Assembly: GCA_963811165.1 (NCBI GenBank)
Contig: CAWEQH010000001.1
Coordinates: 64,001 to 128,000, forward strand
Length of the DNA stretch: 64,000 bases
Reading direction: 5' to 3'
DNA from: an uncultured Nitrospiraceae bacterium
GTDB lineage: Bacteria > Nitrospirota > Thermodesulfovibrionia > Thermodesulfovibrionales > UBA6898
Shown: positions 51,566-60,565 of the stretch, piece after piece
Layout of the letters: the number at the start of each line of letters is the position of its first letter
Numbering within the stretch: position 1 is the first letter of the stretch
Made by a program: the position numbers and the translations under genes
Notes under the pieces: generated by a model
The model's input: the letters and a program-made list of their open reading frames with translations, nothing else
What the model was told of the DNA's origin: nothing
Database searches by the model: none

Positions 51566-52491
51566 CTGCCGAACCTCTTTCTTCTGAGGAGCGATGCGAT
51601 GCCTCCCGGCAGGAATATGAGGGCCGCAACAAATATTACGAACCTGCCGACCGGCGCCCATCCCATACCGATATAGGTGGCTGTCAGGGATTCAAATATG
51701 CCCAGGACGATCCCTCCGATAATGGCGCCGACGGTGGAGCCCAGCCCGCCGAGGATCGTGATGACAAAGGCTATGAGAGTGAATTGGCCCCCCAGATCGG
51801 GATATAGGTAATAAATAGGGATGAACAGGCAGCCCGCGGCACCCACCAGGCCCGATCCCAGCCCAAAAGTGATTACCCTCATCTTCTCCACATTCACACC
51901 CATAAGGAGAGCTGCATCGCTGTCCTGGGCGGTCGCCCTTATGGATTTTCCGATATCGGTCTTTGCAAGGAAGAACCACAGGCAGACGGTAATTAAGACT
52001 GCGATCAGGAACGATACCGTCCAGGGGAGGGAGAGGGAAAGCTCGATTGGAGAGGATTTCCAGTAGTCCGAAAGGTACCATGCCTTTGTAGCATAGTCTA
52101 CCGGCGTCGACCTATAGTCCGACTGAAAGATTATGGTCGCCAGATTGGCCAGAACCATAGCCACCCCTACCGTCAGGATGACCTGGTTTTCCGGAAGGAC
52201 CGATTCCACCTTGAGCACCGGATTTATGAGGTACTTCTGAATCGCGACGCCGAGCAGGAATAAAAGAGGCGTCGCGATGAAAACAGAGATATAAGGGTCA
52301 ATATGGAAAAAAGAGAAAAGCGCATATGCGATGTACATGGCGACCATCATCAGCTCCCCGTGGGCCAGATTGATGATCTTCATGACACCCATAATGAGGG
52401 TCATGCCTATGCCGATGAGCGCATAAAGACCGCCCAGGAGAATGCCGGCTATCAGGGTCTGCAATAAAACTTCTATCTGCGCAGATGTCAA
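51562..52491 (-). CDS. livH: Branched-chain amino acid ABC transporter permease
   Basis: YALIGIGMTL, INLAHGE, GKSIRATAQD, ILGGLGS. Confidence 0.9.
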   Translation of the reverse strand: MTSAQIEVLLQTLIAGILLGGLYALIGIGMTLIMGVMKIINLAHGELMMVAMYIAYALFSFFHIDPYISVFIATPLLFLLGVAIQKYLINPVLKVESVLPENQVILTVGVAMVLANLATIIFQSDYRSTPVDYATKAWYLSDYWKSSPIELSLSLPWTVSFLIAVLITVCLWFFLAKTDIGKSIRATAQDSDAALLMGVNVEKMRVITFGLGSGLVGAAGCLFIPIYYLYPDLGGQFTLIAFVITILGGLGSTVGAIIGGIVLGIFESLTATYIGMGWAPVGRFVIFVAALIFLPGGIASLLRRKRFGR

Positions 52492-52508
52492 CGTTACCTC
52501 GCCTTAAT

Positions 52509-52571
52509 CCCTGCCCCCTCCGCATCTGAGCGGTCTGCATATATGCCGCTCCCTGCGGGAGGGGGCTGGGG
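52509..52571. repeat. GC-rich intercistronic stem-loop between the liv binding-protein and permease genes
   Basis: CCCTGCCCCCTCC...GGAGGGGGCTGGGG enclosing GAGCGG...CCGCTC. Confidence 0.55.
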
Positions 52572-52593
52572 TAAGACATCCAACTTTTTTATT

Positions 52594-53781
52594 TTATCTT
52601 CTCTCTCTCCACGAGAGGATCGGGTAAATATACTTTTTATTGGCGTACTGCTGAGGCCATATGGTTTCGAACTCCTCTTTCATGACCTGTATTACGAGGG
52701 TGTCCATAAAGTTCTGGTTCTGGTAGCCCTCCCTGTCCTCAAATTTTACGGGGCCGAAGGCGGTCTTTACATTCGTGGCCTTCAAGGCGTCCCTGATCTT
52801 GTCGGGAGTCCAGCCCTTTGCCCTTTCAAGAGCGTCCTTCAGCACGTACATCGCCGAGTAGGCCGATGCGCCATGGTAAGAAGGATAGTCGCCATATTTC
52901 TTCTTATAGTTTTCGGCATATTCCTTTGCGCCCGCATACTTGACCTGGGGTGTCCAGAGGGTTGCGCTGACGACATCCTCTGCAGCATCTTTTGCATTGT
53001 CGATGAACTCGGGGATGGCAAACCCTGCTGCCCCCCCTGCAAAGAGTCTGGCGTCCAGTCTTAGTTCCTTTATCTGCTTCATCAGCAGGGACGCATCCAT
53101 GACATACGAGACCATGTACACAACTTCAGGCTGGGCCGCCTTCACCTTGGAAAGGAGCGGCTTGAAGTCGACAGAACCGGCCTCATATTTTTCTTTCAGT
53201 AAGACCCTGATACCGAGCTTCTGGGCGTCCTTTACCATCGCCTCCGCTCCCGAAGTCCCGAAGGCGGAGCTTTCATACAGGATGGCCATGGTCTTTGGCT
53301 TGACTACCTTTCTTAGGAAATCAATCAGGCCGTCGCTGTAATGTGCGTTTACCGCGTTTTGACGAAAGACATACTTATAATTCTGCCGCGTGATGTCGTC
53401 GTCGGCGCTGGCTACTATAAGGTAGGGGGTCTTCCTTTCCTCTGCTACCGCAGCCACCGCCTTGGCACATGCAGACGTGTATTCCCCGACGATTATGGGC
53501 TGTTTTTTCACATCAATCAGTTTTTCCACAATCCCCCTCGCGGTTTCGGGTTTTGCCCCGGAATCCTCAAAGGAGAGAAGGAGCTTCTTCTTTTTTATCC
53601 CGCCCTTTGCGTTGATCTCTGCCGCAGCCATCTCATAAGACCGTTTCATCATCTCTCCGAACTTCGCCTGTTTGCCGGTAAGGGGCAGCGGGATGATCAG
53701 CGTAAAATCATCTGCGAATGCCGTGGGCGCGAAAAGACCCAAAAAAAATACTGCCGTAATAACTAATGATATGCGTTTCAT
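52594..53781 (-). CDS. ABC transporter substrate-binding protein (LivK/LivJ family)
   Basis: Signal peptide, PLTGKQAKFG, INAKGGI, YEAGSVDF, TAFGPVKF. Confidence 0.9.
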   Translation of the reverse strand: MKRISLVITAVFFLGLFAPTAFADDFTLIIPLPLTGKQAKFGEMMKRSYEMAAAEINAKGGIKKKKLLLSFEDSGAKPETARGIVEKLIDVKKQPIIVGEYTSACAKAVAAVAEERKTPYLIVASADDDITRQNYKYVFRQNAVNAHYSDGLIDFLRKVVKPKTMAILYESSAFGTSGAEAMVKDAQKLGIRVLLKEKYEAGSVDFKPLLSKVKAAQPEVVYMVSYVMDASLLMKQIKELRLDARLFAGGAAGFAIPEFIDNAKDAAEDVVSATLWTPQVKYAGAKEYAENYKKKYGDYPSYHGASAYSAMYVLKDALERAKGWTPDKIRDALKATNVKTAFGPVKFEDREGYQNQNFMDTLVIQVMKEEFETIWPQQYANKKYIYPILSWRERR

Positions 53782-53919
53782 ATCTCCTCCTATTAAAGAG
53801 TAATACCTACAGTGTAGTGATAAATAGCGGTTTTTTCAACAGACAAAACCATATTGCGGGCGGCGAGACATTCAAAATTGGTCGCCTGACCGTGAAACGT
53901 GGGGGGATGGTTCGGAAAT

Positions 53920-53958
53920 GAAGGCAGGGGCGGACGATAAGGGTCCGCCCCTGCCTTC
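53920..53958. terminator. Perfect 16-bp hairpin (terminator or REP-like) downstream of the cytochrome b gene
   Basis: GAAGGCAGGGGCGGAC-GATAAGG-GTCCGCCCCTGCCTTC. Confidence 0.6.
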
Positions 53959-53977
53959 GCCCCAAGAAAAGGGACTA

Positions 53978-54610
53978 TCAGTGGCTGTGTTCCTCCTCCA
54001 GCTCTTCATACCCGGTAAACATCGCCTTGATATGTGCCGTGGCAGTATGCCCCAGCGTGGCAAGGTAGACATGCACAAAGATGAATGAAGTGAAGAAAAG
54101 GAACAGGAATACATGGACCGTATCAACAATCTTTATTCCTCCGACGAGGTTGATCCAGTCCGCAAACATCTTTGCGTTCCACAGAAGCAGCCCTGACCCC
54201 ATCTGAAGCGGGATCAGGAGCATCATAATGGCCAGATACGCCATCTGCTGCAGAGGGTTAAACTTGTTGTCGGGTGTGCTGTGATGGGGATTCGGTTCCC
54301 CCATCAGGATCCCGTACCCATAGTATTTGGCCTGCCTGAGGCTTCCCACTATGAACTTCTTCAGATTGAGGGGAGGGATATAAATCTTTATCTTGCCGGT
54401 AAGAATGTAATACACGAGCCAGACAAAAAAGTTGAAGATGAGCACGAAGCCGAAGAAGTTGTGTATATCCACGGCTTCCTTGAATTTCATGAGGCCCATC
54501 AATTCACGGTAGCGGATCTGGAGGCCGGTGACGATCAAGATTATAAAACTGGTCGCATTGATCCAATGCCAGATCCTGACCGGCAGCGGGTGAAGATATA
54601 TCTTTTTCAT
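53978..54610 (-). CDS. Di-heme cytochrome b subunit (CbcB-like, Ni-hydrogenase cyt b fold)
   Basis: VRIWHWINA, IHNFFG, KFNPLQQMAY, VHVF, VHVYL, KAMFTGYE. Confidence 0.88.
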   Translation of the reverse strand: MKKIYLHPLPVRIWHWINATSFIILIVTGLQIRYRELMGLMKFKEAVDIHNFFGFVLIFNFFVWLVYYILTGKIKIYIPPLNLKKFIVGSLRQAKYYGYGILMGEPNPHHSTPDNKFNPLQQMAYLAIMMLLIPLQMGSGLLLWNAKMFADWINLVGGIKIVDTVHVFLFLFFTSFIFVHVYLATLGHTATAHIKAMFTGYEELEEEHSH

Positions 54611-56370
54611 CTCTTGTCCTCCTTTCTCATTTTGTTCAGCCTCTTGGCTTCACGGATAGGCGATGTCAATATCCTAAGCGTGATGTGTGCTATTGGTAAG
54701 GACATGCCGCCGAAGACCATCAATATCCCGAGCCAATCGAGTCCCTTGAGGCGGGTGCTCCCCAGGACGTAGAACTGCCTGAGCGACAGGAGCGAGAACA
54801 TCGACCCGAGCACCTCAGACTTTGCCTTGTGAAGCGTCATCCTGCCATCCGCCTTTACTATGGCCACCGTAACATTCTTGAAAAAATCGGACTCCTGGCT
54901 GTGGCAGTTTTCACACTCCTTGACCGCGTTTTTCTTGAAGGAGAGCTGGTGCGCCTCCGCGCCTGTGCTCACGTTCATGCTCCCTATAAAAGTCACTTTT
55001 GCGTTCGTGCCTTTTTCATTCATCTTACTGACGAGGCTCCAGAGCTCGTCGGACCGGATGCCGTCTCCATGGGGATCAATTTTATGAGACAGGCCCTCAT
55101 ATGTTGTCCCCAGAATCTTCATCATCTGTTCCTCGGTAAAAGGCTTGCCTGTCTCCTGGTCGTAAAGTCTGAGATAGATGCCCTTGCCCGAACCCGGCGA
55201 ATGGCAGGCCGCGCAGGCGATTGCGCTCAGATGCAGGGAGGCGTTCGGCAGCCACTTTGTATGTTTGGCCTCCGCGTCCTTGTGACAGCCGAGGCAGGCG
55301 CCTTTAATCTTTTCGGCCATCGCCGCGCCCTTCACGTCGTGGGCGAAATGGCAGGAGGAGCAGAGAGGCGCATTGTGCGTGCCTTTTGTCCTTGCCATGC
55401 CGTGCACGCTTTTGGAGTAAATCTTGAATACGTCCTCGTGACACTTCTTGCAGGGGACACCGCTCATGGTTTCGTACGTTGCCTTGGGCCCTACCGTATG
55501 AAAACCGTGGCAGTCCGTGCATACCGGGGCCTTTAGGTTGCCCTCACTTATCATCTTTGCATGGATGCTCTCGCTTACGGCCTTGTGCTTGTCCGCATGA
55601 CATTTATCACAGGCCGAGGATACGGCGATTGAATGTGACCTGTTGCTATCGAACTGCTTGATCGGATGCGACGTCTTCGTGTATTCCACATGGCAGTCGG
55701 AACACGCGTGTTTGTTATGGACGGATGCAGCCAGCAGGGAGGGATCGATAGACAGAGACAACGTCTCCCCATTCTTTTCTTGCTTGCTGATCTTCTGACT
55801 GTGACAGGTTAGACAATACTGATTGTTGCTGCTTAAGGTGGGTTTCCATTCCGAGATGCGCTTCACCGTGTGGGCACCGTGGCACACCGTACATGGAGGG
55901 GCATTTGTTTTGTTTGCGATGAGGCCGTGGTTCGGCTTCGCCTTAAGCTGAGCTTCTGAGTGGCATTTTTTGCACGCTGAGGCAGCTGCGCTGGCAAAGG
56001 CGCTCCTGCTCTCATACGCGTCTGCACTGCCCGGGTGACTGTCCATAGAAATATTCATGTGGCAGTCTGTGCAGCTGAGGAACCGATGGACCGTGCTCTT
56101 GAAGTCCTTCTCATTCACGAATACGGACATCTTTTCCTTGCTCTTGAACGTCTTTGTGAAGTCCTGGGAAGAATGGCAGCCCATGCACACGCTGGAATTC
56201 TCCAGAATGTCGGTCTTTTTCGCAGAAGCGAGTCCCGGCAACGCAAGGAGAAGGGTCATAAGCGCGATGAGCGGCAGCAAACATACATACAGCATGCCCA
56301 GTATGGGGCCGAATACGACGAGGCCGATCGTGCCTTTTCCTGATATTTTCTCAGCAGTTTCTTCAGACAT
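54607..56370 (-). CDS. Membrane-anchored multiheme cytochrome c, 13 CxxCH (CbcA-like)
   Basis: 13 CxxCH motifs counted; C-terminal TM with His (LPIAHITLR); overlaps the cyt b start (ATGA). Confidence 0.9.
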   Translation of the reverse strand: MSEETAEKISGKGTIGLVVFGPILGMLYVCLLPLIALMTLLLALPGLASAKKTDILENSSVCMGCHSSQDFTKTFKSKEKMSVFVNEKDFKSTVHRFLSCTDCHMNISMDSHPGSADAYESRSAFASAAASACKKCHSEAQLKAKPNHGLIANKTNAPPCTVCHGAHTVKRISEWKPTLSSNNQYCLTCHSQKISKQEKNGETLSLSIDPSLLAASVHNKHACSDCHVEYTKTSHPIKQFDSNRSHSIAVSSACDKCHADKHKAVSESIHAKMISEGNLKAPVCTDCHGFHTVGPKATYETMSGVPCKKCHEDVFKIYSKSVHGMARTKGTHNAPLCSSCHFAHDVKGAAMAEKIKGACLGCHKDAEAKHTKWLPNASLHLSAIACAACHSPGSGKGIYLRLYDQETGKPFTEEQMMKILGTTYEGLSHKIDPHGDGIRSDELWSLVSKMNEKGTNAKVTFIGSMNVSTGAEAHQLSFKKNAVKECENCHSQESDFFKNVTVAIVKADGRMTLHKAKSEVLGSMFSLLSLRQFYVLGSTRLKGLDWLGILMVFGGMSLPIAHITLRILTSPIREAKRLNKMRKEDKR

Positions 56371-56510
56371 TTTTTCTACCTCCTTTTCTTAAGATTTTTT
56401 TGCGACAACAAAAAAACTGTTCTTACCTCCTTTCCGATAGGTAACTGCTTGGCCAAACGCGTGTTCACAATATGTAAAAATGAAAACATGCCGAAGCCTT
56501 TCTCAGATAC

Positions 56511-56579
56511 ACAATATCAGGAGGGGACGGGTGAACACAATCGGTAATACTTCCTATATCAGATAGGAGAAATGTCCTA
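56511..56579 (-). promoter_or_regulatory. Putative activated promoter with two TAGGAC-N4-GTCCTA-like sites
   Basis: TAGGACATTTCTCCTA (56564-56579) and TAGGAAGTATTACCGA (56541-56556) abutting TTGTGT-N18-TATTGT; matched by a copy at 59034-59100. Confidence 0.6.
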
Positions 56580-56768
56580 CACAACGAGGCATTATTGAGG
56601 TGGAGGTTCAGAAATCGTGTTAAATCGTTGGCTTATAGCTGTTTCGTCTTTTTTTGAGGATGAGAAATTCCTGGACCCTGCGGAACAGGTTATTAAAGTC
56701 GCGTGGCTGAAACTCGATTGGGTGTTTCGGTATAATATATCGCTGATATAGCTATTGAGGAGGACGTC

Positions 56769-56894
56769 ATGATAAGAAGAATTGTCTTAGCTTCCCTGTG
56801 TGTAGCAATCCTTGCCGGATGCAATACCGTCAAAGGTGTCGGAAAAGATATCGAATCCGGAGGGAAGGCGATCGAAAAGTCCTCCGGCAAATAA
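56769..56894 (+). CDS. Entericidin A/B family lipoprotein (41 aa)
   Basis: Not in ORF track: MIRRIVLASLCVAILAGCNTVKGVGKDIESGGKAIEKSSGK; lipobox LAGC; RBS GAGGAGG. Confidence 0.9.
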   Translation: MIRRIVLASLCVAILAGCNTVKGVGKDIESGGKAIEKSSGK

Positions 56895-56994
56895 CGCGGA
56901 TATCCCTGATCCCGACAATCCGTACTATTTGATCCTGGCCGTCGCATTGTTCAGTATGCCGCTGCGGCCGTTGGCTTTCGGGTATGGGGTAAGC

Positions 56995-57891
56995 TTACTC
57001 GAGTCTCCCCTCCCGTTTGAGCTTATCGAGAAGGGCCCTTATGTTCGGCATCGCCTCATATGCCGCCTTTTCTCCTTCGAGGATCGCTTCATGTCTCTTT
57101 TCGAAGTCACCTGAGCCGATATAGCCGACCTTCGGTCTTATTACAATGTCTGCCTTTGTGATCTGGATGCCGGCAAGCTTCGAATACATAATATTAATCG
57201 CCTGAAGTATCGTGTCGATTGTTCCCTCAGGCTGTTTGGTGTCGCGGTCCGCCGAGATATCGACCGCAATAACGATATCAGCGCCGTACCTCTTTGCGGC
57301 ATCGACCGCCACAGGGCTCACTACGCCGCCGTCTACATACATTTTATCGCCGATCTTCGCGGGTCTGAATACACCCGGGATCGAACAGCTCGCCCGGACA
57401 GCGGTCCCGGTATTGCCTTTGCCGAAGACCACTTCCTGCCCTGAGGGGATGTTCGTGGCGACCGCATAAAAGGGTATCTTCAACTTTTCGATCGGCGTTT
57501 TCCTTACCATAGTGTTCACATATTCTTCGAGTTTTTCTCCCTTTACGAACCCGTTATCAGGGATACAGATATCGGCGATATCTCCTTTTTCTATAGAGAG
57601 CGCGATCTTCTGGAGTTGGAAGGCATCAAAACCATAGGCATAGAGGCTCCCTACAAAACTGCCGGCGCTCGTTCCTACGATCATATGGATAGGGACTTTA
57701 CTTGTTTCAAGCACTTTCAGGACCCCTATATGGGCGAACCCCCTCGACGCACCGGCGCCGAGGACCACCGCTATCCTTGCCTGCTTATGGGGAGGTTGTA
57801 CCTCTTTTGTGGCGCATGAGGGCGTTATTATGAATAACATGAACGCAACAAAACAAAGCCTGTTTCGTATCACCGAGCCGATTAATGACAC
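56995..57891 (-). CDS. Patatin-like phospholipase, probable lipoprotein
   Basis: GAGASRGFAHIG, GTSAG, DGG; GTG start at 57891 with RBS AAGGAGG. Confidence 0.9.
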   Translation of the reverse strand: MSLIGSVIRNRLCFVAFMLFIITPSCATKEVQPPHKQARIAVVLGAGASRGFAHIGVLKVLETSKVPIHMIVGTSAGSFVGSLYAYGFDAFQLQKIALSIEKGDIADICIPDNGFVKGEKLEEYVNTMVRKTPIEKLKIPFYAVATNIPSGQEVVFGKGNTGTAVRASCSIPGVFRPAKIGDKMYVDGGVVSPVAVDAAKRYGADIVIAVDISADRDTKQPEGTIDTILQAINIMYSKLAGIQITKADIVIRPKVGYIGSGDFEKRHEAILEGEKAAYEAMPNIRALLDKLKREGRLE

Positions 57892-58082
57892 TGCCGCCTC
57901 CTTATTGTATTGTTCAGACCACAGTCTTCTTCGGGCAAATACGGCTACATTATAAACCAATGAACCTCTTTAATTCACTCGCCGGCGCCTCCATTGAACA
58001 GGCTGAAATAGGTGTGATATAATCCGGTGTTCTTGAGCCGACGGGCTCACGGTAGAAAAAATAAATGGAGGAGGTATCACAA

Positions 58083-58508
58083 ATGCGAAAAACAACCGGT
58101 CTGGTATCTGCGGCCCTAATGATCTTATGGGCTTCGGCAGCCATTGCGGGTCCGAACATGCAGGAAGGGAAATGGGAAATCACGTCGAAGGTGGAGATGA
58201 AGGGAATGCCGATGGAGATGCCCGCTGTCAAGACCACCATGTGTCTTAACAGCAAAGAGACGGTACCTCAAAAGCCGGAAAAGAACCAGGACTGCAAAAT
58301 GATAAGTAATAAAATCGAAGGCAGCACCGTGACCTGGGTCATGCAGTGCCGCGACAAAAAAGGAAATACCATAGACAGCAGCGGGAGGATCACTTACAAG
58401 GGCGCGAGCTTTGACGGCGCCGTCGAGATGGACATGACCGGCAAGCAGGGCAAGCAGCATATGTCCCAGAAGATGAGCGGCAAGCGGATAGGAGACTGTA
58501 CTAAATAG
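58083..58508 (+). CDS. DUF3617 family exported protein
   Basis: Signal peptide, GKWEITS, TTMCL, DCK, WVMQC, C-terminal GKRIGDC. Confidence 0.85.
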   Translation: MRKTTGLVSAALMILWASAAIAGPNMQEGKWEITSKVEMKGMPMEMPAVKTTMCLNSKETVPQKPEKNQDCKMISNKIEGSTVTWVMQCRDKKGNTIDSSGRITYKGASFDGAVEMDMTGKQGKQHMSQKMSGKRIGDCTK

Positions 58509-58539
58509 AATTATTTGCTACATAAGTTGTTTGAAATTG

Positions 58540-58583
58540 AAACTAGAAGGGGACCATGAGATATCCTGGTCCCCTTCTAGTTT
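58540..58583. terminator. Bidirectional intrinsic terminator
   Basis: AAACTAGAAGGGGACCA-N10-TGGTCCCCTTCTAGTTT between convergent genes. Confidence 0.8.
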
Positions 58584-58601
58584 TTGCTGTTGATCAGTGG
58601 G

Positions 58602-58970
58602 TCATTCCTTTTTTTCTTCCCTTTTTTCGCTTTTCCTTGCGCTGCGTCTCTTGCCGGCAAGATAGGCCTCACTCGGTTGCCAGCTGAATGCTGCACCCCT
58701 GTATGCGCTTGCTGCCAACCCTCCAAAGAGCCTCTTGAAAAGTACCGATGCCAACATCGCCAGCCCGATAAAAGGGAGAAATACGGCATAGGCCAGGCCG
58801 AGGACCGGTGCCGCGACGAGAATTGCCACCGGATGCGCCTTGTAATATCTTTGAGTCCTGTCGCCGGGAAGAATCCCTGCTTCTTCGATATGCACCCTGT
58901 TGCCCGTTGCAAAATTCCAGTAATTCCCCATCCCCACGCTGTCGCCGCCTATGCTCGTTATGCGTAACAT
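58602..58970 (-). CDS. Hypothetical membrane protein sharing a TM segment with the N-terminus of the multiheme cytochrome
   Basis: RBS GAGGAG before ATG 58970; GNYWNFATG..ILPG..YYK then APVLGLAYAVFLPFIG; basic tail. Confidence 0.75.
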   Translation of the reverse strand: MLRITSIGGDSVGMGNYWNFATGNRVHIEEAGILPGDRTQRYYKAHPVAILVAAPVLGLAYAVFLPFIGLAMLASVLFKRLFGGLAASAYRGAAFSWQPSEAYLAGKRRSARKSEKREEKKE

Positions 58971-59033
58971 TTTGCTCCTCCTTTCGGCCTCCTGGCCGGC
59001 TTCCTTTTCTCTTTTTCTCTCTTCCATGGTTAC

Positions 59034-59100
59034 AGCGTATCAAATGCATACATCCTTCACAATTGGTACTCTGTCCTAGTAACCGGGAAAATATGTCTTA
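59034..59100 (-). promoter_or_regulatory. Second copy of the TAGGAC-site promoter architecture
   Basis: TAAGACATATTTTCCC and TAGGACAGAGTACCAA (59063-59078) abutting TTGTGA-N17-TACGCT. Confidence 0.55.
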
Positions 59101-59136
59101 GGGCAAGGGATAATAAGGAGGACGGGTGAAATGAGA

Positions 59137-59856
59137 TCAGCTAACCGAAAAATCCTTCCACTCCCCGTCTTCGTAAACCTGGTTTGGACGGAAGAACTTC
59201 TTATAAGACATCTTGGGGGTCTCTTCGATGCAAAACCCGAGGTAATAATATTTCTTCCGCAGTGCGCGGGCAAGCGATATTTCCTGCAGGATGCTGAATA
59301 TCCCGGGCCTTCTGTCGAGACGACCTGTGTCGTAATAGAAGTAGGCTGACGAGAGGGCGTCTTCACCTTCATCTACTACCCCTATCGCGATCAAACGTTC
59401 TCCGATGAAATAATCCATTTCGATGCTCCCGGCATAGCCGTGGTGGAGGCCTGAAAGGGTCATCGGACAATCCCCCGTGTCGTCCTCTTGGCCTGCAGGG
59501 TGTTTTGAGGAAACGTATCTCCTGTACAGATCGATCTTGGCCGGGGTGACAGAAGGGATGCGATATTCGACCCTCACGTCCCTGTTTTTTCTCAGCGTCC
59601 TTCGCTGACTCTTGCTCGCCCTGAACTTTTCCGTTTCCAGACGGATCGGGTGACATGATGAACATCCGCGGCATACATTCCGATACAGAACGCTGCCGAG
59701 GCGCCTGTATCCGGCAGCAAGGAATGTGTGGAAGTTCCGGGAAAGACCTTCAGCAGGCAGGACAAACTCGAGTGATGCGGTCCGGTCATCATTGATATAA
59801 GGACAGGGCAAATCCTCAGTCAGAGAAACCCAGTCCTGCAAATCACGTTTTTCCAT
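59137..59856 (-). CDS. bpt: Arginyl-tRNA-protein transferase-like (Bpt/ATE) aminoacyltransferase
   Basis: CPY, GYRRLG..LYRNVCRGCSSCHPIR, LSSAYFYYD, YYYLGF, KMSYK. Confidence 0.88.
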   Translation of the reverse strand: MEKRDLQDWVSLTEDLPCPYINDDRTASLEFVLPAEGLSRNFHTFLAAGYRRLGSVLYRNVCRGCSSCHPIRLETEKFRASKSQRRTLRKNRDVRVEYRIPSVTPAKIDLYRRYVSSKHPAGQEDDTGDCPMTLSGLHHGYAGSIEMDYFIGERLIAIGVVDEGEDALSSAYFYYDTGRLDRRPGIFSILQEISLARALRKKYYYLGFCIEETPKMSYKKFFRPNQVYEDGEWKDFSVS

Positions 59857-60044
59857 CGTTATCCCAGCTACCTTATTATATCCGATAGTGAAGTCCCAAA
59901 CCCTTTTATGTGGGCCGCCCGCTTAATTGCTTTGGCCGGAAGATTTCAAATACAAAGACGGGGCTGTCGCTTCTTGACGGACAACCTGCGGGAAAGTGTA
60001 TTATTATCTGAGAATTCGGAAGATGCTGTCTTTTGAAGGGGGGC

Positions 60045-60545
60045 ATGATGAAACAAAAGAAAGCGGGCAATAATGAGTTCTGCGACATTCTTGAGACCCC
60101 CGTGGGAACACTTTATCTCCTTTTCAATGCTCACCTCCTGACAGGCATAGCCTTTGAAAGACCCGCCGGTCTATATCTGAAAAAGACAGACGATGCCGCA
60201 TTCGTGAAAAAAGAGCTGACCGAATACTTCGAAAAAGGCAGAAGGGACTTTGCATGCAAGACGGCGTTTACCGAGGGCACCGATTTCGAGAGGCTCGTGT
60301 GGGATGCTCTGAGGGAAGTCCCCTATGGAGAAACAAGGACTTATAAGTGGGTGGCGGAGAAGATCGGGAAACCGCATGCCTTCAGGGCGGTTGGAAACGC
60401 CCTCGGGAAAAACCCTATCCCTATTATTTTCCCCTGTCATCGGATCATCGAGTCCGACGGTTCCCTCGGAGGATATTCCTCCGGAGAGGAGATTAAGCGC
60501 AGGTTGCTCGAAATGGAATACTATACAAAAAAGTCTAAGAGCTAA
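60045..60545 (+). CDS. ogt: Methylated-DNA-protein-cysteine methyltransferase
   Basis: GTDFERLVW, VPYGETRTY, RAVGNA, PCHRII. Confidence 0.93.
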   Translation: MMKQKKAGNNEFCDILETPVGTLYLLFNAHLLTGIAFERPAGLYLKKTDDAAFVKKELTEYFEKGRRDFACKTAFTEGTDFERLVWDALREVPYGETRTYKWVAEKIGKPHAFRAVGNALGKNPIPIIFPCHRIIESDGSLGGYSSGEEIKRRLLEMEYYTKKSKS

Positions 60546-60565
60546 AAGATTTGTGTTCGTGCTAG

